Assembly (NCBI GenBank): GCA_001774495.1
Contig: MFAE01000014.1
Span: 10,573 to 74,572, forward strand
Length of the DNA stretch: 64,000 nt
Origin: Candidatus Campbellbacteria bacterium RIFOXYC2_FULL_35_25
Lineage (GTDB): Bacteria; Patescibacteriota; Minisyncoccia; Phycocordibacterales; UBA12079
Direction: 5' to 3'
Position numbers and translations under genes: made by a program. This document shows, piece by piece, positions 54,012 through 61,998 of the stretch (positions are counted from its first letter, which is position 1; every line of letters begins with the position of its first letter). Under the pieces are notes generated by a model that saw only the letters and a list, made by a program, of their open reading frames with translations, was not told the origin of the DNA and ran no database searches.

Positions 54012-56288
54012 ATGTCAGATAAAAATATTTTTAGAATAGGGAAGGGGCTTGTTGGGCTTTGGATAATCATAACCGTTGTTTTTTCTTTTTTTGTGATGAT
54101 GGGTTTTTTTGTAAGTATTCCCCAAGCTTCGATGGATCCTAAACACGAGATATTTGTCGCTCAGGAAAGAATAGATAAAGAGTTTCCTAATTCCGTCCAT
54201 CCTATACCTTTTGTGATATTAGGGGAAAATGGGGAAGACGTGCTTACAAAAGATGTTTTAGCAGAACTATACGAGAAGAGTCAGTCTTTAAGAGTCTCTG
54301 AATTAGGAAAAGAATATTTAAATGATTTTGCTCTTCCATTTTTGGGGAACACAGGGACTTTGGGATTATTTTCTCTCGCAGATATCACAGAATCTTTTTT
54401 AAACAAACAAGGTTCTTCATTAAAAGAAGCCACAGACGGTGAGGTAAAAAATGCTATTAGCATTTTGTTGGAAGACCCTCAGTACGGGAGTTTTCTTCAA
54501 GCTCAATTATCGAGTGAGGCTGAGTTTAAAAACGGAGAATGGCTTTCTCCCACTCTCGCTTTTTTTGTTAGTGCTAATAATGAGAAATTGGGTGGAGGGG
54601 TTTTTAGACGGACAGTTGGTGGTGACGAGGTCATGTTAGAAAAAGAAGAGTTTAACAGAAAGATAGAAGCTTCTCTCCAAGGAGAAAATTATAAACTTTT
54701 AGGGATCGGGATTGATCTCAATATTGAATCTGAAGAAGAGGGATATTCTCCTTCAATTTTAATTTTAATTTCTACGCTTTTGTTTACCTTGGCTATTTTT
54801 ACAGGCGTTCTATTTTCATCATTTCGTCTATTTTTACTCACTATGTTTGGTTTGCTCAGTGTTTTCATTTGGGTGAGAGGTTTTCCTCTTGCTACCTTTG
54901 GTTTGGTGAAGCCGTCTCTGACTACTGATGTAATTCTTCCAATCGCATTTATGTCGTTTGGTGTTGATTTTTTAATTCATGTCGTTCACCAGTACAAAGA
55001 AAAGTTAAAAACTTCTAGCCAGGGTTTTGAAAAATCTTTTATAGAGTCGTTTAGAAAAGTAAATCTAGCCCTTTTCTTGGCGATGTTTACTACCGCGATA
55101 GCTTTTGCTGCTAATTATGTTTCTAGTGTTGAGGCGGTTAAGGCTTTTGCGATAACGGGTTTCTTTGCTTCATTTGCTTCTTATTTCATTATGGGAATGA
55201 TTATTCCTTTTTTGTTTGCACTTTGGGAAAAAGATAAAACAAGCTCTAAAAGCTATCAACTAAAAACTAAAAACTATTTTAATATGGGAGCTTTAATGAA
55301 CTCTGTAATAAAAAATAAAAGCTTTGTCGTTATTTTATTATTTATAGCAACAGTTTTCTTTGGTTCAAATGTGTTCTTGGTAGAAAAAAGTCTTGATCCT
55401 ATAGATTTCATAAATTCAGAATCTAATTTTGTCGTCAGCTTAGACCAGCGTGATATTCATTATGGTGATACTCGGGGGGAAGAGGCTTCAATTTATATTA
55501 AAGGAAATTTCACTGATGCCAAGGTTCAAAGAGCGTTAGAAGATATTTTGGTTTTATTAAACAATAATTCTTATTTAGCTCATACTAAAGAAGGACAGTT
55601 GGTTTTGCCTTATGGTCTTCCAGAGGTCAACAAAATTGATGAGGAAACCTATTCTGAGAGAATTATTTTTGAAGTTATAGGAACAAGAGAGCAAAAGACA
55701 GTGAAGGAAGCTTTTGCAAGTTTAGAGTCAGACTTAAAAGTCTTTGACGGGATTGCTTCTTACGAGATAGTCGGGTCTCCATTTACAAGAGACGCCAGCT
55801 TAGAGGCTGTTACTGATTCATTGATAAGTACAATTATTACAGCATTGTTAATAATCTTTCTCGTTCTTTTGATTGTATTTCGCTCTTTCTTCTACGCCAT
55901 TATTACTCTTATTCCTATGCTTTTGGTTGTTGTTTGGATTTATGGATTAATGGGAATTTTTAATCTTTCACTCAATTTTATTACAGCCACCGTCGCAGCG
56001 GTTTCTTTGGGAGTGGGGATTGATTATTCAGTTCACCTCGTTCAGAGATTCAGACAAGAATACAAAAAAGAGATTTCTTTTGAAGAGACCCTAATGAGAG
56101 TTGGAAAGACAACAGGGTTTGCTCTTTTTGTTTCCGCTTTATCTAGTACTATTGGCTTTATGTTTCTTGCTCAAGCTCAAATGCCACTTTTTGCAACTTA
56201 TGGATTATTAGCAACTGCGATGATAATTTTTTCTTTCTTTGCTACTTTTTTTGTTCTCCCTCTTCTCCTCGCTTTAAAAAAGAAATAA
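54012..56288 (+). CDS. MMPL/RND-superfamily membrane transporter (two 6-TM bundles, 758 aa)
   Basis: Duplicated polytopic hydrophobic blocks separated by large soluble loops. Confidence 0.55.
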   Translation: MSDKNIFRIGKGLVGLWIIITVVFSFFVMMGFFVSIPQASMDPKHEIFVAQERIDKEFPNSVHPIPFVILGENGEDVLTKDVLAELYEKSQSLRVSELGKEYLNDFALPFLGNTGTLGLFSLADITESFLNKQGSSLKEATDGEVKNAISILLEDPQYGSFLQAQLSSEAEFKNGEWLSPTLAFFVSANNEKLGGGVFRRTVGGDEVMLEKEEFNRKIEASLQGENYKLLGIGIDLNIESEEEGYSPSILILISTLLFTLAIFTGVLFSSFRLFLLTMFGLLSVFIWVRGFPLATFGLVKPSLTTDVILPIAFMSFGVDFLIHVVHQYKEKLKTSSQGFEKSFIESFRKVNLALFLAMFTTAIAFAANYVSSVEAVKAFAITGFFASFASYFIMGMIIPFLFALWEKDKTSSKSYQLKTKNYFNMGALMNSVIKNKSFVVILLFIATVFFGSNVFLVEKSLDPIDFINSESNFVVSLDQRDIHYGDTRGEEASIYIKGNFTDAKVQRALEDILVLLNNNSYLAHTKEGQLVLPYGLPEVNKIDEETYSERIIFEVIGTREQKTVKEAFASLESDLKVFDGIASYEIVGSPFTRDASLEAVTDSLISTIITALLIIFLVLLIVFRSFFYAIITLIPMLLVVVWIYGLMGIFNLSLNFITATVAAVSLGVGIDYSVHLVQRFRQEYKKEISFEETLMRVGKTTGFALFVSALSSTIGFMFLAQAQMPLFATYGLLATAMIIFSFFATFFVLPLLLALKKK

Positions 56289-56401
56289 TTTAAAAATAAA
56301 AACCCAAAAATCTATGGAGTAGTGGATTAAATTAAAAAAGTTCCCCATATGCATACTACATACAATAGAGAACTTTACTCTTGTCTGCTTCTTAGGGGCA
56401 T

Positions 56402-56653
56402 TCAATGCCCAGCAGTACATTTCAGCGGGCAATTATTACTCTTAGGGAAGATGCTCCCACATTTGATGCACTGCAACTTGTTTCCTGGACTTAGCAGATT
56501 CCTCCCGTCGGTTCTTCCTTTTTTGCATACTGGGCAAAAAGCTTGTTCTGCTTTTATTCCAGAAAAAGTTAGACGACAATGAGGACAAAAAATCCTCTCT
56601 AAACTACTAGGCCATTCGCCGATTATTCTTATTGTTGTTCCTGTCACAACCAT
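56402..56653 (-). CDS. Small zinc-ribbon protein (4x CxxC) in a GC-richer patch
   Basis: CPHC..CPVC..CIKC..CPLKC; SD aaggaggtagcaaATG. Confidence 0.45.
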   Translation of the reverse strand: MVVTGTTIRIIGEWPSSLERIFCPHCRLTFSGIKAEQAFCPVCKKGRTDGRNLLSPGNKLQCIKCGSIFPKSNNCPLKCTAGH

Positions 56654-56923
56654 TTGCTACCTCCTTTTTCTAGGGCGCATAGTGATTAATAAGAAGATAA
56701 AGCATCAGCATTTCTTTTTACATATTATGTAAAAAACACCACACTGTCAATTCTTTTTTGATTCTTTTTGAAATTGACTTCTTTTGAACATTATGTGAAA
56801 ATACAAGTATATGAGAAGCAAAATAAATTCATCTTGGTGGTCTATTTTTTAAGGATTGTTAAGTCTGAAGTTTTTTATTTTGTTTTTTGAAATCTCTGAC
56901 TTAACAGGGGTTTTTTAATTATT

Positions 56924-57886
56924 ATGAAGATACCAAATAACATATATCATATAAAAGGAAATAACGGCGGGCCTAATGTTATGGTCTTGGGGGGGACTCA
57001 TGGAGATGAGGTTGTTGGTGTTGAGGTGGTTAGAAAACTTCTTGATTTTTTTGGGGTTAAAGGAGAGTCTGGAAAAACTTACGAAAATGAAATTATTTCT
57101 GGAAATTTGTATCTTGGTTTTGGTAATCCAGAGGCCATCAAGAAGGGGACTCGGGGGGCTGGTGTCGGTCCTGACCTAAATAGGTCTTTTCAAATTGATG
57201 AATTGAATACTCCTGCCTCTGAAGACGATAGGTATGATTTAGTAAGAGCCAGAGAACTTTTCCCACTTCTTGAAAATATGGATTATCTTTTTGATTTGCA
57301 TAGCACTTATACCCCGTCAGAACCTTTTATCTGTATGGGTAATTATAATTCTGAGAATCAAAATTTATATAATGTTGTTCCTTCAAAATATATTTTGGCT
57401 GACCCCGATAATGTTTTACCAAAAGATTTTAATAAAAAAGAATTGGGTACTACTGATTATGTTGTGAATACCAGCGGGGGAAGTGATTGGAGTGTTAAAA
57501 AATATGGAAAAAGAAAAGGGGTTGCTTTTGCATATGAGTCTGGCTCAAAGGAAGATTTGGGTAAAAGCGATAAGGTTTTTGAGACAGTGTTATTATTGCT
57601 GGGAGAAATTTCTTTGTTAAATAATAAAAGAGATTTGGCTGAAAATAATAAGCAGGAAGTGTACAAACTTTCTAAAATAATAAAAGCAAATAATACAGGC
57701 AAGTTTTCTTTTTATGATGAATTTAAAGATGGTTGGGTAGCTGTTAAGAAGGGTGATGCTATAGGTTTTTATTCTGAAAGTAATCAAAAAGAGATAGCCC
57801 CTTGTGAAGGTAGATTATTATTTCAAAAAGAAAAAGATGGCTTTGATAAAGGGGAGTCTCTCTGTTATTTAGCTACTTTGTTGTAA
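56924..57886 (+). CDS. Succinylglutamate desuccinylase/aspartoacylase (AstE/AspA) family zinc hydrolase
   Basis: VLGGTHGDEVVG motif. Confidence 0.65.
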   Translation: MKIPNNIYHIKGNNGGPNVMVLGGTHGDEVVGVEVVRKLLDFFGVKGESGKTYENEIISGNLYLGFGNPEAIKKGTRGAGVGPDLNRSFQIDELNTPASEDDRYDLVRARELFPLLENMDYLFDLHSTYTPSEPFICMGNYNSENQNLYNVVPSKYILADPDNVLPKDFNKKELGTTDYVVNTSGGSDWSVKKYGKRKGVAFAYESGSKEDLGKSDKVFETVLLLLGEISLLNNKRDLAENNKQEVYKLSKIIKANNTGKFSFYDEFKDGWVAVKKGDAIGFYSESNQKEIAPCEGRLLFQKEKDGFDKGESLCYLATLL

Positions 57887-57983
57887 TGTTTTTATCCTCT
57901 TGACTCATTTTTTTTAAAAAAGTACTATTAAGGAAACTGAGTCCTTTTTTAAATTGATGGTAAAAACAAAGGAGGTTCGAATC

Positions 57984-58679
57984 GTGAGAATTCAAAAAGT
58001 TCCATGGCAATGGCCCCAAAGGAGGAAAGGACAAATCAACATCAGTATTTTGGATGACCCACAGAAGCAACTCTCTCTCTACGAAGGTTTTTTTGACCAA
58101 GTGGTAGAGCAGGCAGACGATGTCGTCAGTAGGAGTTTCGGCTCATGCCTGAAGGGGTGCGATAGCACAAGAGAACATTTGTTAAATGTCGACTTGATCG
58201 CTATTGCGTATTCAGACAAAATTTTAGGTTTTGTCTCAGCTAAGATTTTTAAACCTCACAATCTGCTTTATATCCACGGTGTGGTAGTTGACCCTAGTGT
58301 CAAAGGAAAAGGAGTTTGTCGATTTTTGATTGATTCCTTGATTAAGAAAGAAGGTGTTGACTGGTTGTCTTTTACAACACAAAACCCAGTAATGTTTAAG
58401 GTATTAAATTCTTTTTGTGGCGAAGAAGTTTATCCTTCTCCAAACTCTTCTGCCCCATCTTCACTGGAAGGCTTAGCAAAAAACATAATCCAAGGTAGGG
58501 AAGGAACCTTCGATGCTCAAACTTTTGTTGTCAGCAACTTATATCAAGAATGCCTGTACGACAGCATTCCTTCTGTCACGGACCAAGATTTACACCAATG
58601 GTTTAACGATTCTCTTTGTATTGATGAGCTTAGAAAAAGTAATCATGGATTTTTATTTTTTGGAAAAATTTACCATTGA
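57984..58679 (+). CDS. GNAT-family N-acetyltransferase
   Basis: IHGVVVDPSVKGKGVCRFLIDSL acetyl-CoA binding motif; GTG start after SD aaggagg. Confidence 0.55.
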   Translation: MRIQKVPWQWPQRRKGQINISILDDPQKQLSLYEGFFDQVVEQADDVVSRSFGSCLKGCDSTREHLLNVDLIAIAYSDKILGFVSAKIFKPHNLLYIHGVVVDPSVKGKGVCRFLIDSLIKKEGVDWLSFTTQNPVMFKVLNSFCGEEVYPSPNSSAPSSLEGLAKNIIQGREGTFDAQTFVVSNLYQECLYDSIPSVTDQDLHQWFNDSLCIDELRKSNHGFLFFGKIYH

Positions 58680-58800
58680 AATTTCGGAACCCGCACTCTG
58701 CTGTTTTAAAGAGGCGGGTTTTTTAGTATCGCAAGAAATCTTTACAATTAAAGAAACAAACTCTTGCTTGTTACCATTAAGTAGATATAATTAATTTATT

Positions 58801-60219
58801 ATGCAGAGAATTTATATTAAAGATTTAAAAGAACATATAGGGAAAGAAGTTACTATTAAAGGTTGGGTTGATACGGTTAGACACCAAGGGAAGATGGCAT
58901 TTTTTGATTTTCGAGACACAACCGGAAAAATTCAAGGAGTAGTTTTTGGCAAGCCAGAAGTGTTAGAAAAAACAAAAGAAATGAGAGACGAATTTGTTGT
59001 TGAGGTATCAGGAATTGTTAATGAACGACCTGAAAAATCAAGAACAGAAGCTCAAAATGGCAGTATTGAATTGGAGGTTACTAATATAGAAGTTTTAAAT
59101 AAAGCCGAGACCCCTGTTTTTGATACAAAGGAAGATACTCGAAAAATAAGTGAGGAGGTTCGTTTAAAGAACCGTTATTTAGATTTGCGTTCCGAAAGAA
59201 TGCAAAAAAATCTTATTAATAGACATAAAGTAATTAAATTTATTCGCGACTTTTTAGATAAAGAAAATTTTATTGAAGTTGAAACTCCGATGCTTACGAA
59301 ATCAACTCCCGAAGGGGCAAGAGATTATCTTGTGCCTTCCCGATTGTATCCCGGAAGATTTTTTGCTCTTCCACAATCACCACAACAATACAAACAACTG
59401 TTGATGGCATCTGGTGTTGAAAAATATTTTCAAATTGCCCGATGTATGCGAGATGAAGACATGAGAGGGGACAGACAGCCAGAATTTACTCAATTAGATA
59501 TGGAAATGGCTTTTGTTAAAGAAGAAGATGTCTTGCAACTAAACGAAAAACTTTTAATCGAGATTGTTGAAAAATTGTATCCAGAAAAAAGAATTCAGCA
59601 AGTTCCTTTTCCTAGGATCACTTATAAAGAGTCGATGGAAAAACATGGAAATGATAGGCCGGATATAAGGGAAGATAAAGAAGATAAAAATTTATTAGCT
59701 TTTTGTTGGGTAGTAGATTTTCCATTTTTTGAAAAAACAGCAAATTCTGATGACCCCCAAGCAAAAGGGGAATGGACTTTTACCCACAATCCTTTTTCTC
59801 TCGCAAAAACAGAGGATATTGAAAAGTTAAAGAATGGGGAAGAGATTGGTTCTATTACAGCGGCTCAATATGATATTGCTTTGAATGGTTCTGAAATCGG
59901 GGGTGGAAGTATTAGAGCCCATGACCCAGAGATTTTAAAATCTATCTTGGGTATCTTGGGGCATTCTGAAGAAAAGATTGAAGAAAATTTTGGTCATATG
60001 CTGAAAGCTTTGGGTTCCGGGACACCACCACATGGGGGGATCGCTTGGGGCTTGGACAGGCTCTTAACTATTCTACAAGGGGAAGAAAGTATTAGAGAGG
60101 TAATCGCTTTTCCAAAGACTCGAGAAGCTCGGGATCTATTAATGGAAGCACCTGCAGAAGTTTCATCAGAACAACTTAACGAATTAGGGATTACGATAAA
60201 AAAAGATTCTAAAAAATAA
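58801..60219 (+). CDS. aspS: Aspartyl-tRNA synthetase, short form (472 aa) lacking the bacterial insertion domain
   Basis: Class II motifs FRDEDMRGDRQPEFTQLD and GGGSIR; N-terminal OB fold. Confidence 0.85.
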   Translation: MQRIYIKDLKEHIGKEVTIKGWVDTVRHQGKMAFFDFRDTTGKIQGVVFGKPEVLEKTKEMRDEFVVEVSGIVNERPEKSRTEAQNGSIELEVTNIEVLNKAETPVFDTKEDTRKISEEVRLKNRYLDLRSERMQKNLINRHKVIKFIRDFLDKENFIEVETPMLTKSTPEGARDYLVPSRLYPGRFFALPQSPQQYKQLLMASGVEKYFQIARCMRDEDMRGDRQPEFTQLDMEMAFVKEEDVLQLNEKLLIEIVEKLYPEKRIQQVPFPRITYKESMEKHGNDRPDIREDKEDKNLLAFCWVVDFPFFEKTANSDDPQAKGEWTFTHNPFSLAKTEDIEKLKNGEEIGSITAAQYDIALNGSEIGGGSIRAHDPEILKSILGILGHSEEKIEENFGHMLKALGSGTPPHGGIAWGLDRLLTILQGEESIREVIAFPKTREARDLLMEAPAEVSSEQLNELGITIKKDSKK

Positions 60220-60364
60220 TAATTGAAAAAAAACAAACTATACTAAAATTTATGCGGTCGCATAAATTTTAGTATAGTTTCTTTTTTATGTTTCTTTTCT
60301 ATAAAAAAACTCCCCAGTCGACGTGAGTTGACTGAAGAGTTTGTACAGGGGAGGGGGAAAGCTT

Positions 60365-60700
60365 TTAGTATCTCCCGTGAGGTTTGGGGACAAGTCTCCC
60401 TCCTCGGTATGGCCGGTCTTGATGCCTTACATTGCAAGGCCGGTGGTTGTAGTAAACCATGCGTGGCTGGTAGTAAACTACCGGCGGTGCATAGTAGACA
60501 GGGGGCACAGGTCGTTCATAGTAGTCACCGTTGCTGACTACCATCGGGGCTATCATCGGCCGACCGGTGATGATGGTCGTCAATGCATTGATTCCGAAAA
60601 CCCCGAGGATGACGGCTCCTGCATCGGATGCCTGACTCTTGGGAGCACTGGCTCCCAAAATTGCCATAACCATTACTGCAATTACCAGAATCCGTTTCAT
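60365..60700 (-). CDS. Small secreted Tyr/Pro-rich protein in a GC-rich patch
   Basis: Signal peptide MKRILVIAVMVMAILGASA; SD ataaggaggaagctATG. Confidence 0.45.
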   Translation of the reverse strand: MKRILVIAVMVMAILGASAPKSQASDAGAVILGVFGINALTTIITGRPMIAPMVVSNGDYYERPVPPVYYAPPVVYYQPRMVYYNHRPCNVRHQDRPYRGGRLVPKPHGRY

Positions 60701-61020
60701 AGCTTCCTCCTTATTGTGGGTGCTTGACCCACTTTTTTTGTTTTGATGAACTCCTAACTCCTATATAAATATTATACCATTTTATGATATTTGTCAAGAC
60801 TTATAGATTGGTTAATTTTAAAAATATTACACCTTAAGAAAGTAACTGTTTTTATCTTGTCTATCAACTAAAAACTACAAACTATAAACTACAAACCACA
60901 AACCACAAACCCTATTTTGGCTTTGATAAAACAACGCTTTGTTGTTAACTGTAAGCTGTCAGCTGTGAGCTTTTTTAATAACTATTGCTTAATATTCCGT
61001 CTTTTGTTAGTATATTGACT

Positions 61021-61536
61021 ATGTTGAAAATACGATTACAAAGAGTTGGGAGAAAGCACGATCCTTCATTCAGGGTTGTTTTAACTGATTCAAAAAATGG
61101 ACCTAAAAGTGGAAAGTTTTTAGAGGTACTTGGAAATTATGATCCTAAGAAAGATGTCAGAAAAGTGAATGGTGAAAGAGTAAAAGAATTAATGTCTCAG
61201 GGAGCTCAAATATCTGATACCCTTCATAATATTTTGGTAAGTGAAAAAGTAATTATTGGAAAGAAAATAAACGTTCTTCCTAAAAAATCTCCAGTGGTGA
61301 ATGAAAAAGCAGTAGCAGAAGCTAAAGCCAAAGAAGAAGCTGAAGCAAAAGCTAAGGCTGAAGCAAAGATAAGAGAAGAAGGAGAAGCTAAGGAAAAAGC
61401 TGAAGAAGAAAACAAAGAAACTGAAGAACAAAAGAACATAGAAACAAAGACGGAAGAAAAGATTGAAGAAACTCCAGTAGTAGAAGTTGAAGAAATCGCA
61501 AAAACAGAAGAAGCTCCTGTTGAAGAAGTTAAATAA
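61021..61536 (+). CDS. rpsP: 30S ribosomal protein S16 with a Lys/Glu/Ala-rich C-terminal extension
   Basis: MLKIRLQRVGRKHDPSFRVVLTDS; tool start at 60985 lies upstream of the conserved N-terminus. Confidence 0.85.
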   Translation: MLKIRLQRVGRKHDPSFRVVLTDSKNGPKSGKFLEVLGNYDPKKDVRKVNGERVKELMSQGAQISDTLHNILVSEKVIIGKKINVLPKKSPVVNEKAVAEAKAKEEAEAKAKAEAKIREEGEAKEKAEEENKETEEQKNIETKTEEKIEETPVVEVEEIAKTEEAPVEEVK

Positions 61537-61550
61537 TAAAATCAAAATTA

Positions 61551-61590
61551 AAAATCCACAGTAGCCTTGCTACTGTGGATTTTTAATTTC
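61551..61590 (+). terminator. Rho-independent terminator (another copy of the aaaatccacagtagcc..gctactgtggatttt hairpin)
   Basis: aaaatccacagtagccttgctactgtggatttttaatttctttttt. Confidence 0.7.
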
Positions 61591-61998
61591 TTTTTTAAGC
61601 TGTAGGCTGTCAGCTGTAAACTGTAAACTTTTTTTACCACTTACTACTTACTACTTATTACTGAATAACCCAGTTTAACCTTAACCCTTGTTAAGCTGGG
61701 TTATCCACAATTGACAAAACGGCCTGTTGACAAACTATTTTGTTTAGTATAAACTTTCCCTTAATCGTATATAGGAATTTGTTTTTGGCAACAAATTCTT
61801 TTTTCTGTTATATATTAGTTGCTGTTGAATTCTGAATAGATTATTTTTTAATAGTTAAGATGTCATCGAAATGGTCATAAAAAAGATGATATTAAATTTT
61901 TTGTTTGAATACAACAATAAAAAATAATTAAAAATTAAGGAAGACCTACTTTTTTGTGTGGTTTTTTTGTTTTTTAATTTTAATTTATTTAAATCAAT

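Noticed and set aside
61189-61545. ORFs 61189..61545(-) and 61224..61439(-)
   Set aside because: Antisense within the rpsP C-terminal repeat region
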